Source: Phoronis australis
Taxonomy: Eukaryota > Animalia > Phoronida
Assembly: GCA_002633005.1 (NCBI GenBank)
Contig: NMRA01000036.1
Span: 596,713 to 660,712 of the forward strand
Length of the DNA: 64,000 nucleotides
Reading direction: 5' to 3'
Part shown: positions 13,177 through 23,868 of the stretch, piece after piece
Layout: the number at the start of each line of letters is the position of its first letter
Numbering within the stretch: position 1 is the first letter of the stretch
The notes under the pieces: generated by a model
Seen by the model: only the letters and a program-made list of their open reading frames with translations
Told to the model about the DNA's origin: nothing
The model's database searches: none
Program-made: the position numbers and the translations under genes

Positions 13177-15050
13177 CGAGAGTTGGAGGAGCTAGACCAA
13201 GAAGATCCACTGTCTCCAACGTTGAAACGATATTGCATAAAATTCAGCAGGGAATGCAGGTTTCGCAACACACTGTAATTGCTCTCTTCGATCTGGAAGA
13301 CGCATACAACAAAGTGGATGTGGATATTCTTGCCAACAAACTCAGACAAATGAAGGTGTCCGATATGATGATCCGTTGGATTCTAGTCTTGCTGGATACC
13401 CTTAGATGTCAACTGAAATTCGGCAAGTGGAAGTCAAGCATCTTTGAAGCAAGCTCAGGCCTCCCGCAAGGGTCCCCTCTCAGCTCAGTGCTCTTTAACG
13501 TCTACACGGCAGATCTCATACAAGCAGCAAGAGTAGGTGGAGCTTCACCACACAGCTATGTTGATGACTTGATAGTCGCCAATGAGGCGTACACTCCAAG
13601 ACATGCCGTGGAGGGCCTGCAATTAGCAAGTGATGGTCTGGCCGATTGGACCGAAGACAACAAGATGTCCATCCAACCCGATAAAGGGGAATGGATGTTA
13701 GCCTCACGAGGTTATTTAAACCCAAACATGTTCATCCTGGGATATAGGGGAGCCTTGATACCTCAAGTAGCTGAAGTTACCTATCTAGGAATTAATATGG
13801 ATCGAAGAATGACGATGAACTCCCATGTCGAATTCCTAGCTGAGAAAGGTGCCAAGAGCCTGTCACTGTTGAGATATGCAGCAGCCCAGCAGATCCAAAA
13901 AAGAGCCTGGTGCAGCTCATGAATGCAACTGTCGGCGCAAGAACTGAGTATGGGATCCATCTGTGCCTATGTGCCTCCCAACAGTCAATGGCCAAACTAC
14001 AAAGGATTCAAAACCAGGCCATGAGGATAGTAACCAGTGCAGCTAGACCCACTCCGGTAGACAGTCTCCAGTACTGGTTAGGTATCAATAGCATCCGTAC
14101 TAAACAGAAGACACTAGCAGCCCAAGCATTTCTAAAGGCAGCTACAACCAACTCTCATCCTCTGTACCTGGACTTGAGAGAGCATAGTGATGAGCACACT
14201 GCACAGAGGCTGAAAACTGTTCAATCATGGGTTATCGGAGCTAGGGAGCTTGTCGAAAAGGTATGTCCAGTGAAGAACATCAACAGCATAGAGTGGTCGA
14301 AAGCCAAAAACTTTGTCATCAACTCCATGGAGATTGAAGGCCTTCATTGGCGGGAAAGAGCTGACTGTATCAACCAAGCAACTGTATCGGAATGGCTTGA
14401 AGAACAATCTCCCACAATCATTGTTGCAACGGACGGCTCACTACGGCTTGGGCAGCAGTTGCTTGGACTCGCGAGGGTCAACGCCTCTTCGAATGGTCAA
14501 CAGCACGGGTTGAAAAATCCTCGTATTTTAGAGTTGAATGTGAAGCATATGAAGACGCCCTAGTCTGGCTCTCACAGAACACAACACCTGCAGACAGGTC
14601 ATTTCTATTTACAGACTCCCTCAACCTCATTAGCAGGCTAAAACATGGTCAAGTAGAAGATTCCTGGATCCCTCTGTTCAGCTCTATTAATGGTCTCTTC
14701 ACCAGTGTTTATATACCAGGACACTGTGGCATCTCATTCAACGTCAAGGCGGATGAGCTTGCAGGCATCGCAGAACCGATTGCCAACCTGCTCCTCACAC
14801 CAGCAGATGTAATCTCCAGAGTGCGTGAATCGCTTACAGATGCCGAGATTGTACAACAGCAGGAGAGATGGTCAACAAAGCGCCTCATAGAGCGAGGATG
14901 GCAATACGGAGATGCAGTAAAAACTCGTATCAGGGGAAAAGATCGAAGAGTGTGTAACCAGCACGAACTTGTTTGCATCTCCAAATTTACATTGCGTGCG
15001 ATATTGGAAGGAAGAGGGCCAGAAACTATCCCGGTGCCCACCCTCTGACG
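13177..15050 (+). mobile_element. 5'-truncated non-LTR retrotransposon (I-group, Ingi-like) with RT and RNase H, frameshifted
   Basis: ORFs 13233-13922, 13910-14563 and 14821-15048: LFDLEDAYNKVD, GLPQGSPLSSVLFNVY, SYVDD, YLGINMDRRMT, LQRIQNQAMRIVT; RNase H IVATDGS, LFTDSL, YIPGHCGISFNVKADELA. Confidence 0.92.
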
Positions 15051-15101
15051 TCACCACAGAAAGAGAAACAGAATTTCAAGTATTCAAGCTTGGACTGGGG
15101 G

Positions 15102-15259
15102 CAGGGACGGATCCAGGACTTTGAGTTGGGGGGGCCAGGCCAGAGTATTAACCAGGATTTTGCCAGTCAGACATTCGCACCCCGAACTGCCAAATGGAAT
15201 CTTGGAGAATTTTAACGGGGGGCCATGGCTCTCTTGGCCCCCTTCTAAATCAACCACAG
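15102..15259. mobile_element. MITE family A, copy 3 (inverted relative to copy 1)
   Basis: CAGGGACGGATCCAGGACTTTGAGTTGGGGGG...CATTCGCACCCCGAACTGCCAAATGG is the reverse complement of the family core. Confidence 0.85.
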
Positions 15260-15269
15260 GGGACAGCCT

Positions 15270-18200
15270 AGTGTTTGTTCCGCGCGGGGCCGGGATTGCG
15301 ATAGTAGCCCACAATAGTTTTCTTAAGTACTGTACTCAAACATGGAAAAGACCATCGCACACTTAGGGGATATCGCATCATAGTGATGCAGAACGTCATT
15401 GGAAAAATCTCTGCAAAGATCATAGCGCAAAGAATCACCAAGTTTAATGAACCTTGGTCCTCCCAGAAATGGGTGCTTATCGACAAGGTAGAGATTCATG
15501 GGCCAACCCAGCTCCTGTTGCATATGAGATATGACCAGGTTTTTAAAACAAGGAAAACGCTCCACTCGTTGGCTTTGATCTACAGCTCTAATGTTCAGCT
15601 TCCAAAACTTGCCGATGGCATGCTTCATCTCAGTATTCCTGTACGGTGTATTAGATGACGCAACTGGTGACGCATGCTAAAACATCTCGCATAGCGTTCA
15701 GAATGGGTATCTGTCAACACAGGCTTACTTCAGGTTTCACCTGTGTCTCCAGTGCTGTTCAATATCTACACCATCCCAATCGCCAGACTGAACCGCACCG
15801 ACTGCCGAATCCTTACCTTCGCAGACGACATGCTGCAGTCTTCACAGGGACAAACACGTCAAGAGATTCTCCATAAAGCGCAGTTTTCATTGTTGGATGT
15901 CTGCGAGTATTGTGCTACCAGTGAAATGAGCTGCAATGGGGACAAGTGTGAAGCTCTGTTCTGTCTCTGGACAATCGCCTGAGTGTCAACGATTTCCCTT
16001 GTCCAACCTACGATGGAAAGAGGACTGCAACAGCTGACCAGATGTGTCACTTGGTTGCAGAACTCGACCGCAGGCTCATCTTCACAGCCCAACTTAGTAG
16101 TATGATCAGCCGTGCTAACAGAGGAATCAACGCCCTATAGGGATGCAGCCGGTCGGAATGCGGGGGAAAGGCACATCGTCATGCTTTATAAAGTCCTCGT
16201 CACTTCGGCCTTCGACTACGCTCTCCCCATGATCAACATCAATAAAAATCAAATCAACAGACTTGAGACACTCTGAAAACCTTGCCCTTCGCGTCATCAC
16301 TAGATGTACAAGTTCGACTTCAGTCATAGCACTACGCTACCTTGTCAGTGTTTCCAGCATTGCAGACAGTGTCTTATATAAGGTATTACTGTAGCCAAGG
16401 CTGATAAAAGCCCTTTCCATCATTTACACACTCAAGTGAAGACTGTGCTTGACAGATGCTTGAACCCCGTCCCTGCAACAACAGCCTATCAACTTCGCCA
16501 TCGACCTTTCCGCAATGCGTCCTACCAACGACTTAGCTGATGACCGTGGATTGCCGATGCTGTAAAGGCAACCATGGGAAAACACATGGTCGCACAAGAC
16601 GCTAGTTTGCTGCCAGTACAAGAACACGGTAAGAAACCTAATGTCACCATTGCTTTCAACAAGGAAGCTCGGGAATGGCCCCTGGGAGAAGCCCAAGCAT
16701 TGTGCCGTGAGCAATGGTGTGATCTTGGCGGTATTGATGCCATTATAGTAGCAACAGATGGATCCTTCGATGCTGCAACTAACCTTGCGGGATGTGGCTA
16801 CCAAATAGTTTGTCCTGCCAATGTCATTGCGGAAGGTAGTGGCTGTTATCATGTATACACAAGTAGTACATAGATGGAGTTTTGGTCTATACAACGTGGC
16901 CTAACTAAGCTATCCCAACTAGACTTGATGAACCATATCATAATATTTGCCACCGATTCTATTCTATTGATGAAAGTTCAGTCCGGTAATCTCCCAACCA
17001 ACTAGGGTGTCTTCCGATCACGCCACCCTCATCATACAGTGATCTAATCTTTCGTACCTGGCCGCGCTGGTGTCTTGATTAATGAGCGTGCAGATTACCT
17101 CGCTGACTCATGCACCACCAATCAACCCCTCTACTTATACTCGGCTGATGTTAAAGTCCTTCTCTCACGCGTTGTTAACCCTTATTACATGGTTAGAGGA
17201 TGTTATAAGGATCCAAGAAGTACCTACCCCATAACTAATACACGATCCGTTTTCGAAAAAAGTTTAAATGAACGCGCCACTCACGATTCGCACCCGAAGA
17301 ACCACCGCCATTTTGAACTTGCCGCGATCCCGGAAGTACAATTCATTCAGGAACCCAGGCCGAGAAAACGCCGTCAGTGCGACTGGAGCAGTGCCTGTAC
17401 TGTTACCAGACAGCAAACGGGGATAAAATAATCGACAGCGCGCCTTAATTTTAATAAAATCAAAATACAGACAATTTTATCGAATTTGCTGAAGAAATGT
17501 GGCGAATAAATTTAGACAGAAATTATTTTGCCAGATTCGGGACCGCAGCCTATCGGACCCGGTGCCGATCGTGACCAGACACTGGCGAACGGTAAACGCA
17601 TGCGGTTGCAAGCTGTTTTGTTGAAGTAAAATGGTCAACTCATAAATGCTGCATATATTCAAGGGTAGTTTCAGACACTTGCATGAAATTACGGGCTGGT
17701 TAGTCCTGTGTCACACTGCCGCGGCAGACCTTAGTTAGCCTCAGTGCCAGCTACCAGTGAAGACTATCGTCAAAATACAGCTTGTTAGTAGGCCTATACA
17801 GCTTTGCGCCAAGGCTACCCATAGGCCTAACTGGTCGCTGGCCGCAGCGCTCGCTCAAACGAGGTTTATTTAGAACTTGGGTACTTCTGGCGAACTGTGC
17901 AAAGTTATTGGCTTTCAATAGAGATTTTCCCAGACTTTGTATGAGCGCACCAAGCTTAAAAGAATGAGGGGCTGGAATTTTTGGGAATGTCTATCTTTTA
18001 CAATAAGATTCAGTGGGTATGTTCAGAGCTATGAATTGCAGACGCTAAATTTTGGTACTTCCTGTCTTCTAGTGGAATTTTGTCTCAATTTCTACTTTTT
18101 TAGGAATTCGGGCTTCTCTGACTGAGGCAGACCTTTTTCGAGTTCTCTAAAAAGAGAGCTCGTTAGACCACATAAGTATGAGAAATACAATACAAAATGT

Positions 18201-19995
18201 TATCCTTTTTCTTCATTAACCCAAAATGATTCAATCTTTTAACATAATACGTAACTTAAAATGCACAATACTTTACAACATTTAGCATTACAAACAGTAT
18301 TCAACAGCAAGTTTCGATGATATGAAAGTGGACATACATGTAACTATTACCTTGGTGACGAAATAGTGTTTCCTTACACCAGAATTTGACAAGCATCATT
18401 TAAAAAATATGAAGTTGCAAGGAACAAGAATTAGAGGCTTGAAGCTTCACAATCTTACATAGCTTATTTCTCAATTTAAGATTATTCATATTGTTGACTT
18501 GATAACCTGAATTAAGAAGCAATAAGTTACAAAACATGACTTGAAAGCAATTGAGACTTAAAATTTAAAAAAACATGAATCATTTTGTGACACCGAATCA
18601 AGTCCTGAACAGCAGTTGACAGTCAAACAAAAAACCATTTCAAAATTATTTCAACTATTTTTAGCTTAGTGTAAGATCACCTGAATGGGAAATTTACAGT
18701 AAAATAAGTCGAATACATCTTATATTTTTGCACAAAAAACAAGGGAAATTGAACAAAGTTTCTTTTTTGTAGCAACGTTTGTCAAAATGTATCACGTTAA
18801 ATCTTCACAAATTACAAAGTAGCCGATTGAACATGCCTTTCAGTTCAGCAAAAGTCGCCATGTTGTCGGTGCCGCCAGAAATGAGACGAAGTCCAACGGG
18901 AATTGTGAGCACATTTATCACTTAATGAGTAACAACTGCGAGGCTGAAATTTGGTGAACAGTGTTAAATAGTGCAGAATAGTAAGTAAAGATATGTCTAT
19001 CTAAATTTCACCGTAATTTGTTGGCGAAAACAATTTACACAAATTTTTGAACTCGTAACTTATCCCGCTGTCCTCCAATATGGCCGACGCGATCCAAACA
19101 AAGTGACCCAAATTTCGCCACAAAACTTGCAATAACTTTACACTGCTTGCCCCGATTTTGATACTTTTTCGATTTTTACTGAGTAGAATGCACTACCTTT
19201 CCGATGATAGCAAATTACTTTTTAAAACGAGAAAAAAAAATAAAACCGAAAAAAAATTGGTTCGACTCATATTGGTTCCTAGGTTCGACCGGCCTACGTA
19301 AGGAACTAAACACCAATGCTATTTTAACATACTAAGTACGCGTAACATTCCAAAAAAAATCAACGACCACTAACTACAAACTATAAATACAGTACATATG
19401 CAAACGAATCACGAGATATTACTAATAAAACAAAATAATGAAGACTTTTCGAGCAAGCGATAGCACATTCAGTTACAAGGAAAAAATGCGGCGTTCAGGA
19501 CAAGTTCCTGAGCTGATGAGCCGGAAATGTGGGTACGGAAATAACCTATGACAACCGGTAATCATACGCTCAGAGAGAAGGGTCAAATACTATTCAAAAA
19601 TCGCTTTTGGCAAGAAAGGAGAAAAGAATATAAAGAAAGGGTGTCAAAAATAAGATTTTAGGTAGTAAGTATTTTCGGATACTGGAACCACATGGGCAGT
19701 TTGAGATAAGGACTTTAAGCAGTTGACTCACCGACGCACCTTCGAGCATACTTAGTCCCTACTGGCTGAGTTCAACGATGGTAGCCAACTGCTCGAAGCA
19801 GGTATTACTTATGGCCATGATGCTAAAATTCACAACAAGAGCCGTGCCCGAGTGTTGTCCAGTCAGATGCTGTCGGGCAACGTCAGCCCTGGAGTTCTGC
19901 GCCTTTTGCTGTCACGGGAATGATTGGGGGAGGGGATTAATGCACCAGCATATCCCCAGTGATCCTGTCCGCGGCAAGTATTACAGGTATATTAT
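15270..19995 (+). mobile_element. Second, more decayed RT+RNase H LINE, split by an insertion (15270-17154 and 19715-~19995)
   Basis: KHGKDHRTLRGYRIIVMQNVIGKI, VSPVLFNIYT, LTFADD, IIVATDGSFD, FVPGRAGVLINERADYLA. The frame resumes after the duplicated TTAA (SADVK|QLTH...LLEAGITYG...LRLLL) and aligns with the C-terminus of the first LINE (LIERGWQYG...LRAIL). Confidence 0.88.
17155..19714. mobile_element. Kolobok-type non-autonomous DNA transposon (~2.56 kb), TTAA TSD
   Basis: TTAA|AGTCCTTCTCTCA ... TGAGATAAGGACT|TTAA (12/13 TIR match, AG..CT ends); removing it restores the LINE reading frame. Confidence 0.8.
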
Positions 19996-20091
19996 TATAG
20001 CTAACCGATTCGTACCAAGGTGCATGGCATAATAAAAAATTCCCTTTATATTTCAATCTCATTATCAATTCAACTACACCATATTCAAGTA

Positions 20092-21217
20092 TTTACTCTG
20101 CGCGTGTAAGCGCAGAGTACTGTTGTTCCTGGGTTTTCTTCAATTTTATTCTTATTCTTCTTATTCTTCTTATTACTCTGCGCGTGTAAGCGCAGAGTAC
20201 TGTTGTTCCTGGGTTTTCTTCAATTTTATACGTATTCTTATTCTTATTCTTATTCTTCTTATTCTTCTTCTTATTCTTCTTCCGACCAACTTTGAGGCTT
20301 AATAACTCCAAATTGGGTGCAGGTACGGTCTTTAAATTCAGCATATGAATTTTGACAGTATATAAATTTTGATTGGTTGTATAATCACATTCCATATTGC
20401 ACCGGAAGAGGTCGTTTGGTGCAAAGGTCATATAATTTTCAAAATGCTACTCCTCCTTCAGTTTTTAAGCTACCTTTTTCAAATTCGGTGCACAGGTATA
20501 AGTCAACATGACAATTTAAAAAATTACTTTTCTAAGTAATCGGGTCATCCAATCAGGTGAAATAGGTCAAAGGTCATTAGGTGCAAACTAAAATTTTGAG
20601 CTAGACACTTCAAATTGACAGGTCTGATTGCCACAGGTAAATCAAATCGGAATCCAATGTTTCAGGTTATTTAGTGCAAACATGGGGTCATTAGGTGCAT
20701 TTTTCTTTTGAAAATTTGACCTTTTCAATCAGCAAGTTTTCTGATGTGTCAACCGTTAGACAACTGTGATTCTCAGCGTTAAACACATTTTCCATGGGCT
20801 TTGCAATAGTTCTCCTAAATATGCTTAAAATGCACCGGATAAGGTCAATTAGTGCAAAGGTCATGTAACGTTCAAAATGTTATATGTCTTACGTTTTTCA
20901 AGGAATTCTTTTCAATTTCAGCACACTGGTGTAAGTCAACATGCCAATTGAAAACCCTACTTTACTTTGCAATTGGCCTAACCAATCAGAAAAAATAGGT
21001 CAAAGGTCATTGAGTGCAAACTAAAATTTTGAGCTAGAGACTTCATAATTACGTATCTGTTGACTAAGTGCGACTGCGTTTGAATTCTAAACTTTCAGGT
21101 CATTTGGTGCATCCATGGGGTCATTAGGTGCATTTTTCTTCTGAAAGTTTGACCACTTCATTCATCTTGTATTCTGAAGTGCCTAAAGTAAAACATCTGT
21201 GATTATTAGCATTAACC
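20092..21217. mobile_element. Helentron-associated non-autonomous element (HINE-like), truncated by an assembly gap
   Basis: Terminal 10-bp-stem hairpin TACTCTGCGC-GTGTAA-GCGCAGAGTA (20094-20119, duplicated at 20174-20199), (TTC/TTA)n microsatellite, then ~433-bp diverged direct repeats (from 20399 and 20832) rich in GGTCAAAGGTCA. Confidence 0.6.
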
Positions 21218-21374
21218 NNNNNNNNNNNNNNNNNNNNNNNNNNNNNNNNNNNNNNNNNNNNNNNNNNNNNNNNNNNNNNNNNNNNNNNNNNNNNNNNNNN
21301 NNNNNNNNNNNNNNNNNNNNNNNNNNNNNNNNNNNNNNNNNNNNNNNNNNNNNNNNNNNNNNNNNNNNNNNNNN

Positions 21375-21741
21375 AAAAAAATCAACGACCACTAACTACA
21401 AACTATAAATACACTACATATGCAAACGAATCACGATATATTACTAATAAAACAAAATAATGAAGACTTTTCGAGCAAGCCATAGCACATTCAGTTACAA
21501 GGAAAAAATGGCGGCGTTCAGGACAAGTTCCTGAACTGATGAGCCGGAAATGTGGGTACGGAAATAACCGATGACAACCGGTAATCATATGCTCAGAGAG
21601 AAGGGTCAGATACTGTTAAAAAATCGCTTTTGGCAAGAAAGGCGAAAAGAATATAAAGAAAGGGTGTCGAAAATAAGAATTTATGTAGTAAGTATTTTCG
21701 GATACTAGAACCACATGGGCAGTTTGCAACAAGGACTTTAA
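21375..21741. mobile_element. Second right end of the 17155-19714 element family
   Basis: About 18 differences by hand count over ~365 bp versus 19353-19718; ends AAGGACT|TTAA with a different flank. Confidence 0.85.
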
Positions 21742-21912
21742 GGTGACATATATTTAAGAATACACAGACCATTCAAGGAAAATAATGACAAACCCAGATA
21801 TAGAGAGGCATTAATGCTTGTATGATTTATTCTCTGAGGATCATGTCCAGAACATTGCTGTTGGGGGGCAGCATAGGTCGTCTAAACGCACTTGAAAACA
21901 TGCACTTAATCA

Positions 21913-22058
21913 TTTGTACGTGCATTCAGAAATAGTCGAGAAACTTTGTAAAGCATAGCTTTGTACGTGTACTTTAGAAGTAGTCGAGAAACTTTGTAAA
22001 GCATAGCTTTGCACGTGTACTTTAAAAGTAGTCGAGAAACTTTGTGAAACACAACTTT
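21913..22058. repeat. ~48-bp tandem repeat, 3 copies
   Basis: Unit TTTGTACGTGTACTTTAGAAGTAGTCGAGAAACTTTGTAAAGCATAGC. Confidence 0.9.
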
Positions 22059-22379
22059 TGCAGAGCGTGTTAGTTTACTGGAATTTTAAATTCAAGAAGA
22101 CAATTTTAGGTAATGCAAAACTGTATTTTGCCAGTGCAAGGGATAATGGAGTCATCTATCGCTCTCTTTTTGCTTTTTATCAAAATTGTATGCCACTTGA
22201 TAAAATTGAGAACCTGGCAGGGAGCATCAATTACTGCTTATTTCCGGTTTTTATTTAAATATAGTTCATTTCATACTTTAGGGCACAGCCCTTTTATGAC
22301 ATCCATGCGTCCACCCAATGATGGCATCGATTGCCTTTATTCTTCTGTTTTTGTGAAATCGTGCAAACTTCTATGTTAA

Positions 22380-23868
22380 AAGGAAAGGCAACTTTTTATG
22401 TCATTTTTAGCAAAAATGAGGTTCTTTAATTATCCCCGGCATATTTTTCAATTAATTACAGCTTTTCGTAATCTAATTAATTATTCGGCCTTTACTCCGG
22501 AAGTGACGTTTTGGGAGGCAAGAATTTCGTGCCAATTTCTTTTCACATAGTCTGACTGTGAGAGCTGTTGAGTCAATCATTGTTATACCTCGGCTGTGAC
22601 AAGTTCGGTCGTCGTTTGCTTTTGTTTACGAATCAGTCAACATGCCACACACTGTTGCTGCGTAGCGGGATGTACTCATTATCGCCTAGAGCAGCCCTGC
22701 TGCGATGTTGAGTAGAGGGAGTGAATACAGGCCCAGTTCAACACCATGTGAAGAGGACAGTTCGTCCTCCAATGAATAGGTCGGTGAGCCAAACTTTGAT
22801 AAGTTTACTGGGGACAAATAAAACAAGAATAATGTATATTTTAAGTTGTATTGGGAATTTCAGGGTCACAGCTCTACAAACGAATATTTCACAGAAGGAA
22901 CCAGATGGGTTCCTTAATTACAAGAGATAACACACACATTTACGATACCCAATGTGTAATTGAGTATCGGATACTAAGTAGCACAGGTTAGCATAGTACC
23001 AAATGGGTAAATAATACCAAATGGGTATTGGCCGATTGCCTACCAAGTGGTTCGAGCAAAACGGCAAATTCAATAACAAGTACCAAATGGGTACAGACTG
23101 TCAAATGGGCAAATATCATATAAAGTACCAAGTGGGTACACCAAACAGCAAACTGGGCCATAACAACCTGAAAAGCAGGTTACGGACAAGTTGAGTGAGC
23201 AGACCAGATCAAATCGTCTAATTGGGAAAACGTACGAGTGAATGTACTGTTACTTGAGGCTGGGCCAAGAGGAAGCTGGAGAGAAAGAACAAACAGCGCT
23301 ACCATCGGACAAGGTAGGAACTAATTAGGAGTTGGATACGAAGCATGAAGGGCTGTAGAATGTTATTTGCCCAAATAATAGGATTTATGTCAGATTGCCA
23401 AAAATCTCATTATTGAGGACATGTCTGAAGCATTGGAGCTACTTAGAAGGCGCCAGGTGTGTGGCGGGTGAGTCACACGGCGGGATGTGTGCTCAGGTCA
23501 CCATTCAATGGGAGTGCGTCGTGGGAAACTCGGACAAGTGGGACACTTGTTCCTCTGTCCGTGAGACGATAATGAGTACATTTGGGTACGGAGCAACAGT
23601 GTGGCATGTTGAGTGACTCGTAAACAAAAGCAAACGACGACTGAACTAATCACAACAGAGTTAGAACAATGACTCGGCAGCTTTCACAGTCAGACTATAT
23701 GAAAAGAAATAAGCGCGAAATACTTGCCTCCCAAAACGTCACTTCCAGAGTAAAGGACGAGTAACTCTTTAAATTATAAAAAGCTGTACTTAAATGAAAA
23801 ATATGTCTGGGATAATCAACGAACCTTATTTTTGCTAAAAATGACATGAAAAAAGGTTGTCTTCGCCT
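22380..23868. mobile_element. Kolobok-type MITE with ~290-bp imperfect TIRs and TTAA flanks, carrying a nested insertion
   Basis: 22380-22665 is the inverted match of 23585-23868; TTAA at 22376-22379 and 23869-23872. Confidence 0.8.
22809..23409. mobile_element. Shorter, more diverged copy of the 49741-50658 (DIRS/Ngaro-like) element nested in the MITE
   Basis: Same ends TGGGGACAAATAAAAC...AATCTCA, flanked by TTAC / TTAT; lacks ~300 bp of the middle. Confidence 0.85.

Noticed and set aside
19512-19545. CTGATGAG...GGAAA as a hammerhead ribozyme
   Set aside because: Stem II does not close onto a GAAA box in canonical register and no stem III/NUH is present.
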